In this document: piece by piece, positions 13,359 to 26,769 of the stretch
Position numbering within the stretch: the first letter of the stretch is position 1
Layout: every line of letters begins with the position of its first letter
Source: Octopus bimaculoides
Lineage: Eukaryota
NCBI RefSeq assembly: GCF_001194135.2
Contig: NC_068984.1
Coordinates: 64,823,013 to 64,887,012 of the forward strand
Length of the DNA: 64,000 bases
Reading direction: 5' to 3'
Notes under the pieces: model-generated
Seen by the model: only the letters and a program-made list of their open reading frames with translations
The model's database searches: none
What the model was told of the DNA's origin: nothing
Program-made: the position numbers and the translations under genes

Positions 13359-15478
13359 CTGTTGGCGGAAATCATCATAGAAATGGAAAGTGGTTTAAGA
13401 ATTTGTGGGAAATAAAGAGGTTGGTTAGGTATGGATTCTGAGCATTGTGTAGACACGTGTTTCAGCAGTGTCTCCAAGCAATACTTTGTATAATATAGAT
13501 ATACACATATGCAGGTTACAATGAAGGAATAGATATTTGTAATATATATTACTAAATCTGTGCTAAAAGTGAGTGCTTCTACCTTCAGGTATTTCCATTT
13601 ATACTAGTATACTCTTATACTCTCTCTCTCACACACACTCACATATACACACATATTTGCATTCTAGATATGCCAATGTTTACAAATAATGGGTTAAAAT
13701 CACTTTGTATCGAAAAAGTTGAAAGGTGACAGTGGGACACAATCCCACATTTCCTATAAGCTTGACATTTTCTGTCCAAGAGGTTTTTAAACCTAATACT
13801 TACATGCTATTATCTAAATCTTGTCTCCTTTAAGATCCGACATTCATGTTCTCTTGAAGTTGATAAATTCTCTCTCTCTCTCTCTCTCTTTCACACACAC
13901 ATAGACATGTACATAAACATCAGAAAGCACCAAATAAACTAGATAAGACTATGGGGTGGCGTGGGGGTAATTTATGATTTGCATCATAAATTATTTGAAT
14001 ATATTCTTCAAATAATAAACATCATAAATTTGTATATACCCAGTCATCCGCATAACACATACACATACACCTAGTGACATATTTGACATACTGTTAATAA
14101 GAATCAAAATGATATTGGTAAAGAGTATAATAATATTTTCAATCTTAATTCTATTGAAATCTGTTTGTCACTACTTTTGGAAAATGATTAAAATTTTTCA
14201 AGTAATAAATTCTAATCCTACAACAATATTGTTGGATTATAGGAAATTCTTTATAGTGATACCAAGTAGGTTTTACCATCATAATGAATGTGTTTGCGCA
14301 TGTACACATGCTTGTGTATGCAACAGATGTAAATATATGACAAAATGTAAAAATACGTTCAAAACTAAACAAAAAACACCCTGATGACATGATAATTGAA
14401 TGTAAAACCTGGGGGTTTGAAGCAAAGATTGCTAACCTTCATACTTTCATGATAGGATTGTAACTAGATAATCATAAAGAACATGAGAACAAACATATGA
14501 TAAAAAAATGTGTGTGCATGCACATGCACACACACATTCACACACACACATACAGAGGCATACACACACTAACAAAATTTACTCTTCACAAACAAATCAA
14601 TGATTTTAAATTGATCAAAAAAAAAAAAGAAACAAATAAATGAAAGAAATATATGAAATAGGAAAGCAAAAAAAACAAAAGCAAAGGGTGTATGTAAAAA
14701 AGAATTAAAAAAAAAATATGTCAGTGACAGGCAAAATGGGTATTTGTATTAGTCAAAACAATTTGTTTTGAGCATCTGCAAATAAATGAAGAAAAAATAC
14801 AAAAAAGAAAAAAATTTCGTTTGGGCGCAAAATACAAACAATATTCATAATATTTTCTGAATTCAAAACAATGCAAAAATAATTGTTACAAAGAACAGAA
14901 GAATATGTTTTCCTGACCAACTGCCGAGCAATATCAAAGCAAATTTTTGGTTGTCAGTATTGAAAAACTAACCAATCTGTATTAGCATGGAAAAAATATC
15001 ATGTTATCAAAACAAAGAGCTTATTCAAAATACATTATCACCATCATCATTAATATTATTAGTATTACTTGTGTTTTCTATTTGAATGCTATCTATGATT
15101 AAAAAAAAATTCTAGATATCATTGTTGTTTGTTCAACTGCACTAAAACTCATCTATTGTGAATTTCAATCAGCAAGAGATAATCATGAAATGGAATTAAA
15201 TTAATAAAATGAGCAAAAAAAAAAAATAAATAAATAAATAAATAAAACAAGTTTTAAAAAGTTGTAGACATTTAATTTTGAAAAATTTTTGACATTAAAG
15301 AAACACAGATATAAAGAATCGCAATTGAAACAAAACAGAATATTTAAAAACAGATTTTAGAAAATGAAACAGAATATGTTTGAAAACAACAAAGATATTT
15401 ATCTCCCTATGAGGAAAAAGCATATTTTAACGTAACTTAAAAACACAACATAGATGATGATAGAGGTGGTGGTGGTGG

Positions 15479-15518
<40 letters not shown>

Positions 15519-15819
15519 GAATATGATTTTCTTTTTATTTTTACTTAAGTATGAAACCTCTATTGATTTCTTTTATTTGAATAAATAAACAAAGTAACGT
15601 TTCCTTTTAGCTGAATTTGCAGGAAGTGTAAAAGTATTCTGATCTGAATATTTAATTTTTAAACATACATATAAATATATATTTATATAAATTTAAAGCC
15701 AACAGATTAAATTCATAACTAATGTATAACTGTAAATTTATAACTTCAGATAGAATGCATAAACTATATGCAAACAGAGTACAGCAAGATGATTAAAATA
15801 TATTCAATTCCTTCCAGTA

Positions 15820-16130
15820 TGAAAATGGAAAGAAGAAAATGTTTTACTTTCTTTTGGTCAGAATCTCCAGGAATGAAGCAACTGATGGTAAAATCTACAA
15901 CTTGGATGCTATGATCTCACGAGCAATTAAAAGTATAAAATTAGCTAAACATGGCACTGATAAGCTAATTTAAATAGCATTAAGCATCTACAAATGAATT
16001 CCTACTCTTTTGGTATCAAGTTTGCATCTAAATACACTGAAGAAGAAAAAAGCAATGGTGTATTGCTTTCCAGAAAAAAAGTAATAAAGAAACTTTTTAT
16101 TATCTTTGCATAGTACTTAATAAGCTATTA
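15820..16130 (+). mobile_element. Highly decayed RTE-like LINE fragment (region before the RT domain)
   Basis: Frameshifted peptides KWKE..LLSFGQ, ISRAIKSIKLAKHGTD and NEFLLFWYQVC...CIAFQKK resemble RTE motifs (AIK.LK.GKA.G.D; ILPFPKKGD) recalled from memory. Confidence 0.4.
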
Positions 16131-17563
16131 CACACTTCTAAGTTATGTACCAAAAAGCTAGCAAAGGAACCAGGGGTCTCGATAGTATTTCTCACTTGAA
16201 CTACTAGAAATAGCAGCCAGATCTCTCTCAAATCATTTCACAGTGTAGAAAAAGAAACCTTGTGTAATTTGGTTATGAGTTCATTATATACAAATAAGAA
16301 TCATGGTGAAGAGTGGAATATCTCTGATTATAGATCTATTCAATCAGGGATAACCTGGAGTCTGAGTTCAAATCTCACCAAATTCAATTTTATCTTTCAT
16401 CCTTCTGACTAAAACAGAATTACTAATCAATCAGGCACTGTGTTTTGAATAGCCTATACACCCCACTACACACACAAACAAAAATTGAACCTTCACAAAA
16501 ACTCAGTATATTTATGTTTTATAAAACTGTGGAAACATGAAAACAGCAAAATCTAATAATAATAATGCTTATGAACTTACACAAATTTTCCAGCAAAATT
16601 CAACTAAGCTTCTCTACCTATTATCAATGTATCATAGCTGTGAACAAAATCGAGATTATGATGTTCCAGCATAGATTATATCAATATTTTCTTATCATTT
16701 CTCTTTTTGTCTCCTTCTTTGCCTTGTATATTAGTTTGTCATTTTTTCTTCTAGATTGTTTTGACAAGTTGAGTAATTTATAAACTGACATTTTTCTATG
16801 TAAGTTATTGAATGGATGAATATTTTTGTGCTGTCAACTAAATCTTTTCAGGAATATATTGTTTTTAATGGTTTTAGTTTCCACAATATGTTTATAATCA
16901 ATACATTGTATATGAACATGTGTTGGGACTGAGACTGAATTCACAAACACTTATCAGACACAAGGTTCCAGCACCAAAGTACTAATTGACATTATACAGT
17001 AGATAAGAGAATTGAAACTCTATGAGCAACATAGGTTTGTTTTCAAGACTAAAATATATATATGGTATCTGTAGATAATTCCTGATTGTAAAAGACATTG
17101 ACTGTCTGCATCATGGTAGATCAAAGCCATGGTTGTCTTCTTCCATAGCTCCCTAGTTCAAAGATACTATGAAAAATCAATGAGGCAAAGGCTTGGTATC
17201 TCTTTCCATTGTTTACACATAAATACAATTATTCCCCAAAAGCTAGCTGTTAGCATATAGCTGGTACCTACTCTTCACACTACAGATAAATCCAAAGGAT
17301 GAAGAAGTTTGGCATTGGTCACACTGCAAGAGTTTCTGGAAGTGGGGTGGATGAAACTGAAGACAATGGTACTCCACCTTCTGGCCTTCAGATCGATGTC
17401 TTTCTTACTTTCTTGACCATTTCACAACCTAGATTGTCAATTTCCCTATAGCAGAAGTTAGTTCTTGATGGTGTTGAAACAAGGAAAGCATAATAGCGTT
17501 GTAAAACCGAGACTGACTAATAAACTGCTAACTGGAGAGGAAAATGTCTAAAACGCTCACGGA

Positions 17564-17603
<40 letters not shown>

Positions 17604-17764
17604 AAATCAGACAGAGCCTTTTCTGAGGAGATGAAATTTTGTCTTGTGCATACGCACACGAGTGAATGGGGCTGGTGAAAGGAATAAAGCAGAGATAAAA
17701 TGAAGTTAAACATTATCTTATGTCAAGTTCAGATATCCTAATCAGTTAGCACAANNNNNNNNNN

Positions 17765-17799
<35 letters not shown>

Positions 17800-17819
17800 A
17801 AACACACACATACATCACA

Positions 17820-20800
17820 TACACACATATACGTATATATTCCCATAATTACCGTAATGTATCGAAAATAAATAGCAATGTTCTTTATTTTGTTCCTTTT
17901 AGTGGTTTCAATTGTATAACTGCGCCTATGGTGGAGCATTATCTCTACACAGTCGATTATATGAATTTCAATACATGATTGGTGTTTTATTTATTGACAA
18001 TAAAGAAAAGAAAAGCAAAGTCGTAATGAACAGAATTTGAATTCAGTATGTAAAGCGTGACATCACCAAATTCAGCTCAATTGTATTACATATGAACGAC
18101 TCTACCGTTATTTGTCCCAAGTTCTAGCAAATAGGCTAGCAATAGCTAAGCTTCCGGTAAGATTACTAAATTAAAGTTTCTAACATAGATAAGTGCCTCT
18201 AAAAGAAAATTGCAAGGCGGAAAAAGAAAAAAAAAATTAAATTGATGTCTCCTAATGCCAAAATGTAGAAAACACATCAAAGGGAAATAACTCTAGATCA
18301 CCAAATAAGTTAAGTTTGTTTATCTCCCTTAGATATGGTGTTCTGTGCAGTAGTTATCACCGGAGAATAGGAAAGATAAATTGAAACGAACATTACATAT
18401 AAAACTGAATTTACTGGTTTAAAAAAAATATCTTTCAAGAAATAAATTTTTCCAGTGAATTTGTTACTCTTTGAACTTAAAAATAAATTAACCCTTTACC
18501 TATCTCTCTCTCTCTCTAAAAAACAAACAAATAGAAATCATTCCTTACTTTACAAATGTTTGATTTTAGTCATGATTAGATTTAATACGTGCAGAGGTGT
18601 TCTGTCGAAAAATAATTTTTAAAATTCAAAATAATTCATATTTGAAACTTAGAACAATGAATTTAAATGATAATGTATTTGGTATGAAAAATGTTCACCG
18701 GAAAGAAATTATTTCAAATCTTTCAACTCAAATATAGAAGCTAAATGCGTGTCTGCAGCAACTAACATAATTTTTATGGCTACAATTCGATGCGAAACAT
18801 TAAAAAAGAAAAAAATCAAAGAACTGTATTTTACACACACTCTGTTTCTCTCTTATTCCCCTACACTCATCCGAACACACACTTAAACATGGGCATATAT
18901 ACAAATGTTTAGAGGTTCGTGAATTCATACAGTAAAGAAACAAATGTTCCACGAATGCTACCTTTAATATTTTTGCTACTGGAGCATTACTGTTCGCTCT
19001 TTTAATTATACAAAAACGTCAGTAATTCCATACATTCACAACCATGTGAGCACGTACGTCTCTCACACTACTACTACTACTACATCATCATTTTCAACAA
19101 CAAGAAGTCATAAACCTTCTAACAGATGAGAATTAAACATGTTTTAGGTCATCGAATGTAATGAACAAGAGAAGAATTATTCAACTAAAGCTATAACCAG
19201 GATGACTGGGCAATACTTAGTGAAAGGTTAATGTAATTAATATAATGAATTAATATAATATTCTAGTCAATTTATGCCTTGTCAAAGGCTGATTTCTGTG
19301 AATGAAACAAATAGAAGGAATATATGATATCTACAAGAATGGTAGGATTTATTATTTACAAGAAATAGCTTTGTGGTTCAACACTTGTCAATGGATTATG
19401 CTACATTACATGTACATTTAAAACTAAATAAATTAGTAGAGGTAATCACTTAGTATATGTATTTAAATTCTTTATGCTCTTTCCTGACACGTGTGTGTGT
19501 CTGTCTGTGTAAATATATTTTTATATCTCAAAAATAAGCATCGCTCAAAAAGGATCGGTCAAATATTGCTTTCTGTCTATGTATTGTCTGGGTAGGGATT
19601 TGAATTGTTGTAGTGCAATAAACTTGAAACTGCACTGATGTAGAATCATAATGGTCATTAAACAAACACGTAAATACAGACAGAAACACACACACCCAGA
19701 GTTCAATCCACATCAGTATGGAACATGAGCATTAAATTCTGATGATGATGGTGCGTGTGTGTGTGCGTGAGGTTATATCGGCTTATATTCTATAATATAC
19801 TACATTACTTGATCAAGCATCTATAATCCACATATACAATGATGAAATACAACGCCTTATGTCTGTGCTTTAAATTACTACCATGACTATCACAACACAT
19901 TTGTAGTATGTATGTAATGATAATTCCTTGAAACTTCGGCACAAAGTCAACAATTTGGGAGAAGGGAACATGTCGATTATATGAAGTCCCGTATTTGACT
20001 GATACTTTATTTTATCGACTATGAAAAGATGAAAGGCGGGATTTGAACTAGGAGCGTAAAAGAACCGAAAGAAAAACTGCTAAGTATTTTGTCCGACACG
20101 CCAACGATACCTCCACTTGCTCGACTTGATGATGATTTCGTTTATTTGTTACAGATGTGTTGGATGACTAACGATATTAAAAACAAATACCAGTTAGACA
20201 TTGTGTGAAGATTTACATAAAAAGGGATGACAAGAAAGAAAGATAGAAATTTATAAAAACAACAAAAAAAAATGATGTTTGCAACTATCATTAATAATTC
20301 CAGCAGTATGATATTGTGGTAAGATACGGAATGTTATGCTGGAAGTACTAAAATATGCTACACGTATCTTCCTTATAGCGATGAGAACACGAGATATAAC
20401 TCTCAGCACAAATTATGAGTAGCGTCCCTTGATTTGTATGTGTATCGTTAAGTAGCGAGGAATATAGTTTAGTCTTATTCCGTGTGTAAGTGTGATTTTT
20501 TTACCCCTCCCTCTCCATGTGTTTCTTCTTTTTTTTTAAGCCTATTATTTGTTCATTAATGATTTCTATAAGAGATATATAGCTATATAGCAGGAAAATT
20601 GATACAAATATATTGTTCCATTCTCTCATTAGAAAAAAACGTAATTAGAAGCGGCTGAAGTGAATATTATTGATCTTGGAAACCAATTTAATGATGTCAT
20701 GGGAAAATTTAATTCTCAAAAGAATACACTCTCTTGTTTCATTTTCTACACGCTCTCACAGACCTACAGTTCGGAATATTTGCAGAACGAAGAATCATAG

Positions 20801-21000
20801 TATAAAGCTCATATACTGGAGAGTAGTAGTAGTAGTAGAGTTGTAACAGAATTGTGCTAGTGGTAGGAGGATGAAGGATAAGAAGAAGAGGAGAGAGTTA
20901 GTAGGAAGAACGGGTGGGAGTAGTCATAAGATTGCGACCATACTGTTTTGTGTCTTTGACCACCCAAATTGACCCCAGTACTTTTTTTCTAAACCTAGTA
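17820..21000. promoter_or_regulatory. CpG-retaining, putatively unmethylated promoter-like domain
   Basis: CG dinucleotides look more frequent here than in most of 27-46 kb (judged by eye, not counted). The embedded SINE at 19925-20120 keeps its CpGs. ETS-like CTTCCGG at 18151-18157. Plus-strand donors CCG|gtaaga (18156/18157) and TGT|gtaagt (20485/20486). Confidence 0.45.
19925..20120 (-). mobile_element. tRNA-derived SINE family 1, diverged copy
   Basis: ggcacaaagtcaacaattt...tttatcgac...gatgaaaggc..atttgaact...ctgctaagtattttgtccgacacgccaacga; same family as 25924-26136. Confidence 0.75.
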
Positions 21001-21120
21001 CTTACTCTATCTTGTGGTGAACAGCTAAGTTATGGGGATGCAAACAAACCAACACTACTTATCATGTGGTGGCTGGGGACAAACACTGAGAAAGACGCCA
21101 CATTATACATATACACACAC

Positions 21121-21185
<65 letters not shown>

Positions 21186-21204
21186 TAGATAGATAGATAG
21201 ATAA

Positions 21205-21348
21205 TATTAATAATGATTAGGAGAACAGAGAATTTTTACATACATAATTTTATTTAACAGTTACTTACAGCATTTACAGATGCTGTAATTAACTGTTAAA
21301 CAAAACTATGGATATGAAAAACCTCTGTTCTCCTCATCATTATTAATA
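21205..21348. mobile_element. 144-bp almost fully palindromic MITE/hairpin
   Basis: TATTAATAATGATTAGGAGAACAGAG...TTTAACAGTTACTTACAGCAT-ttacag-ATGCTGTAATTAACTGTTAAA...CTCTGTTCTCCTCATCATTATTAATA. Confidence 0.8.
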
Positions 21349-22049
21349 CTATTACTTACTCTACAGAACATATGCAACCCTGAACAGGAAACTTGGATTT
21401 ACCCAGTGAGAAAAGTTACCAGAGCCTAACAGCTTATTGTTAGCTTGGATACCACATAAGGACTGTTGCGGTTAGCCAGCATTTGAAACCAACTTGAGAA
21501 GAAACATGGTTATCGCCAGGATAATATATCCCTTTAAACTCATATATATTGGGTTCTTTCAGTTTCTGCCAACCAAATCCACTCACTGGATTATTTCTAC
21601 TGGATTATGGATTCTGTTATTGCAACAGTTAAAAAGAATACTGAGGAGATTCTAAATGGTTATTATATATCAAATTTGACGTTATAAAACAGAAATAATA
21701 ATGCTTCAATTTCAAAAATATAACTGGTATTACAAAATCTATGCTGTTATATGTAAATCTACGGGTTTAATGACTTTTGATGATAGTTAAAAATATTCCA
21801 AGAATATAATTGAATTAACAGCACAATTAAAACCAAATAATAAACGATCATTGTCACAAATTTTACAAATCATAAGGTCAGTACCAGTGTGAACATCATC
21901 ATCATCATTGTTATTATCACTTCTACAATCATCATCTTCACTGTTGTGCTGTTGCTGGTTCACATGTTCATTTGATTCCATTATGGCTTAGCATAATTAA
22001 ATGGTACTTTAGTATCAGAAAAAAGTGACAGTATTATTTCAGTGAAGGT

Positions 22050-22242
22050 ACAAAACCTGGTCCAGCAACATCCTGGACACCAGCATCAATATCTACTTGC
22101 ATGACACTAGCGAATTACCATTGCTGCTATATGAAAGCGAAATGTGGAAGATGATTGTGAAAAGTCACTGAGAAGTTAGATGTGCTTCACCATAGATGCT
22201 TGAGAAAAAACATAAGAACTTCATATTATAACCATACAAGAA

Positions 22243-22283
<41 letters not shown>

Positions 22284-22560
22284 AAGAAGAGTATTTTCAA
22301 GAAAACTTCAAGATGTGATCATAAAATGAAGAATATAACTGACCGGTGATCACATCCTGTGCCAACAAGATCATTGGACACTATTAGAAGGAAAGAAAAG
22401 ACAAGAAAGACTATAAGCTTTATAAAATTAGATCCTTCAGAAGGAACAGGAGATTGGGAATAGACATCAACATGCATTTGGAAAACATGGAAACATTTGT
22501 AACCAATCAAAAACACCACAGGAGACTGCCACATGAGGCACAAACATTCATAGAATGGAT
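22050..22560 (+). mobile_element. RTE-clade LINE, decayed 3' end of ORF
   Basis: KTWSSNIL...PLLLYESEMWKM / TEKLDVLHHRCLRKNIRTSYYNHT / GDHILCQQ...LLEGKKRQER matches RTE C-terminal motifs (LLYGSETW, LDVFHHRCLR.IL.I, GHILR, GKR.RGRP). Frameshifts, stops and an internal poly(A) run. Confidence 0.85.
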
Positions 22561-23818
22561 TAACAAATTAACTCTTAGTGGCAATCAAAATGCCAAAAGT
22601 ATTTCTTTGATATGTTGTAATTCTAAAAGAACCCAATTAACTAGATGCTCCTTTTGATGTTGAATAAAAAGTATTTTATAGTTCTAAAACTTGTTTGGTT
22701 TCCATTAACCAATGGCTCATACTGTCTATTTAGATAAACCATTTTTTATGACAATTATTTAATGCATTACAATTAGTTTTTGCTATATATGTGCAGCTAA
22801 GTTCTTTTTATATATGTGTAGCTAATAAAGTAATAGCCAAATCCATACCCAGCTTACATGTATCCAATTTGTTCAAAAATTCATATTTAACACTTAACAA
22901 CCTAAGTTTTACTTTTCCATCTTCCATCCCACCTTTCTTCAATAAATATATGTGATTAAATTAATGAAATATATGTCTGTATATAAATATATGTGATGTG
23001 TGAGTGGATGTGCATATGTGAAAATATATGTGTGTCCATAGGTGTTTCTATGTATTTACATATACACATGTATTTGCAAAACTCTTTGTCTTTTATACAT
23101 ATATGTATTATATACACAAATAGACAAAAATATATGCTCATGAAAATATTCAAGTTTCACTTTCAAAATAAAACAGAATTAGCCAGAATATTTGCTTGTG
23201 AATATGTTTCCGTCTGAATATATCTATTTATGTAGAATACTTAGAATTTAGTGATTATTACCCATGTAATTTTATATATAGATTATATAATTCTGTTGAA
23301 ATACAGTATTTCTAGCATTAAAGAGGCTAATGATTGTTCTAAAAAAAAATTGACAATAAAATAAATTAATAAAATTACAGATTTGTCTGTTGACACGGTG
23401 GACTTTAGACAAAGAACACTAAAACCATTAGGTTACATGAAGCCATAACTTCATTTTACAACCAATTTCACTGGTTATAAATAATATAAATGACTAAGAC
23501 AGAAATTTATGAAGAATACTCACTCAAACAACTTGTGTATATCTTTTTTTTTCCTTCATTTCTCATCTATTTTGTATGTAGGTGGTGACAGAGAAATATA
23601 ATTAAGAAATTCTCTTCACAATCCCATGGTTCTGTGTTTGATCCCATTGTGCACCACCTTGAGCAAATGTCTTCTACAATAGTCTCAAAGCCAACAAGTT
23701 GTGGAATTGGTTTCACAGAAACTTGTGGTTAGACAAGAGCTGTGCAGAAGCCTGTCAAAAGGACTGTAGTTCTCCTCATCCTTTACCTGTCTTAACCCTA
23801 TGACCTGCTACTTTAGTG

Positions 23819-24052
23819 TCATCATCATCATCATCATCGTTCAACATAACATCCACCTTCCATACTGGTATGTATTGGATGGTTTTGACAGGAGCTTGCA
23901 CCAGACTTTTGTGTCTATTTTGGTAGGATTTTTTACAGCTGGATGCTCTTCTTAACACCAACCACCCAGCACAGTGGACTGGGTGCTTTTTGCATGGCAC
24001 AAGCACAGGTGAGGTTAGTTTCGGCAAGGCTTTTACAGCTGGATGCCCTTCC
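23819..24052 (-). mobile_element. SINE family 3 ((GAT)n tail on left)
   Basis: (CAT)n-cgttcaac...ttccatactgg...ttttacagctggatgctcttcttaacaccaacc...acagctggatgcccttcc. Confidence 0.75.
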
Positions 24053-24335
24053 AAATGTCATTTGTTATGTTGTAAACGTTTGAACAAGACTTACGTAATA
24101 ACCCACAAGTTATGATTGCTTCCTCTCCTATCTATACAGGTTTAAGTGGTGCTGCAAGAGATCATTGGGACTGCCATTCTTTTGATTAAGCCATGATCAT
24201 AAAAAGGAACGATTTTACAAGTTTTGGCGTGGTTGATATCTTACATAACATTTAATTATTTCTTTTCACCTTCCCTTAGGGGTCACTAACCTAGTATTAG
24301 ACTATCAATGCACTACAGACATGACACTAATTCAA

Positions 24336-24399
<64 letters not shown>

Positions 24400-24855
24400 A
24401 CATCATTTTCTTTTTATGTAACCTCCATATGTTTTTATTCAATGCTAATTTTGGCTGTTAATTGCCAGCTTATCTTCCTTTATAAATACAAGTTTCCCTG
24501 ATGACATGACACATTGGTGCAACTAAAGCTCACTCATATATTATACAACCCGGAAACAATTGTATGGAACTGCTAGGATAAAGACTCTTGAAAACAAGAC
24601 TTTGCTCCTATCCTTCTTATTACACAACACGCATCAAGTCCTATTCAAATTTAGGCCTACTTGTTTTCAAACATATTTTATTGTCTTGTTTAAAGGAAAC
24701 TATTATTCAGATTGAGAGAGAGTGCATTAATGTATGTATAAGTGAAAGTGTGTATCTTTAAAGATTTATAAAACATTATGGAATGCTATTAATGCAGAAT
24801 GTTATGATATATTACTGTCATAGTGGGGTTAGCACAACATGGTTTACAGCAGACA

Positions 24856-24883
24856 TGTAACATCACCTGCAGGTGATGTTACA
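24856..24883. repeat. Perfect 28-bp palindrome
   Basis: TGTAACATCACCTG|CAGGTGATGTTACA, no spacer and no mismatch. Confidence 0.95.
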
Positions 24884-24908
24884 AATTTTTTCTCATGTTT
24901 TTCTTTGA

Positions 24909-24941
<33 letters not shown>

Positions 24942-25047
24942 TAACAACAAAAATAAATATGCATGTTTTTATGTACATATATATAAATGAAATAATAAAT
25001 TTCTACATTTGCATATATATATATATATATATATACACATACATACG

Positions 25048-25093
<46 letters not shown>

Positions 25094-25888
25094 CACATAC
25101 ATACATACATACATACATAATAATAATAAATTTGCATATTTGCATATATATATATATTTTTTAGTGTTTTTAAACATATATGCATGTGTGAGACTGATTT
25201 GTTTTTTTCTCATGAAAGTTTAGTTTTTTGCATTTGCACATTTTGCATGTATTTGCATATATTTGTGTTACCTTTCAAATATGAAGATATTTATGTATGC
25301 ACATGTGCATGTGTGTGTGCATGCACATGTAAATGCATGTCATGAGAACATCTATCTCTTTGTGGATTTTTTCTAGTGCATATATATGTGCATCTCCAAT
25401 TTTTTGCTGGGTTAAATGTATATCTTTGTACAATGTCACTTATCAGTGAATACATATAAGAGACAAGTGGGTGTGAGAATGCATTTATTACCAATAGCAA
25501 CAGCAGCCATTTATTTGATAATATTCTCTTAGCTCTGAATCACATATTTGTTGCAACAATACATTGCCATATTTGGTAGTAAAAAAAAAGTTAAAAGCAA
25601 CAACAAAGCAACAAAAATGACTAATGTATATTTGAGTCTTGATATTTTCTTATGAAACATTAAATAAAAAGAAAATTATATCATTCTTAAATACGATACA
25701 CTTACAGAGTAAACCTCAAAAAAAAAAAAAAAATCAATCATATCACTTTTGAACCTTGTTGCAAAGATCAAATATACAACATGAATTTTTGTATTCTATT
25801 TTCATTTAAGCTTATTTTGTTAGATACATTTTTCAAATATAATATATATATCATCCAAATGAAGATAAAAGCTTTCAAATCACAAAAG

Positions 25889-25923
<35 letters not shown>

Positions 25924-26136
25924 CCTTTCTACTATAAGCACAAGGCCTGAAATTTAGGAGAGAGGAATAGTCGATTACATTAATCTCAATGTGCAACTGG
26001 TACTTAATTTATCGACCCCGAAAGTATGAAAGGCAAAGTCGACCTCAGCAGAATTTGAACTGAGAATGTAGCGACTGGCGAAATACTGCTAAGCATTTTG
26101 CCCAGCACGCTAATGATTCTGCCAGCTCACTGCCTT
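25924..26136 (-). mobile_element. tRNA-derived SINE family 1, near full length with (ATT)n tail
   Basis: Reverse strand reads aaggcagtgagctggcagaatcattagcgtgctgggcaaaatgcttagcagtatttcgcc...ctcagttcaaattctgctgaggtcgactttgcc...ggggtcgataaattaagtaccagttg. A-box and B-box-like head. Confidence 0.9.
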
Positions 26137-26769
26137 AATAATAATAATGATGGTAATAATGATAATAAGGATGATAACGATGATGATGATGATTACTTTT
26201 CTTTACAACATGGGTATAGATGAGAATGACAATAGAAGGACAGCCTACAATCTTTATGTGTGGAGGGATACTTAAAAAATAAAAAAGAAAGGGAAAAGAT
26301 GGTGAATAAGCTAAAAGTATACATATTTTACAAAATATGTGAACACAAATGATATAGTCCTCCTGATATGGTAAACGCTCCAGCAAAGTCAACCAAAGAA
26401 CCCCACAAATCCAGGATTACTTTTATCACCAGATGTATGAGTCCTTGCTCAACTGCTATACTCCAATGTACAGTGCATGCTTAATGTAGGTCAATTCACC
26501 CTAACCATTTCTACCAGTCATCCACCTTTTTACAAACTTATCTTCATCACTCCTACTTTCCTTTCCAAGTGGAACTTGAAAAAATGGATGAGGGCTCAAC
26601 TGAAAAGAAAGGTATCTTTCCTCAATTCTTTCAGCTTTGTTCACCACACAACCTATTTCACCATGGGCACTGAACAGAGGAACATAGTCTACCTTGCCTT
26701 GTTAAAGGTGTGTGGTTGGGCAACTCTCACAGTGGACTCAAACAAATACTCAGATTCATCCTAATAATA

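Noticed and set aside
21787-21981. ORF with ICKICDND, resembling the start of a nuclear-receptor or zinc-finger domain
   Set aside because: The later conserved Cys/Phe pattern (e.g. HYG...CEGCKGFF) is missing, the acidic part comes from a (GAT)n repeat, and no convincing splice sites were found.
24140-24189. Strong acceptor followed by GLSGAARDHWDCHSFD* or RFKWCCKRSLGLPFF*
   Set aside because: No donor, all frames close quickly, and no polyadenylation evidence. It could be a terminal exon but is unsupported.
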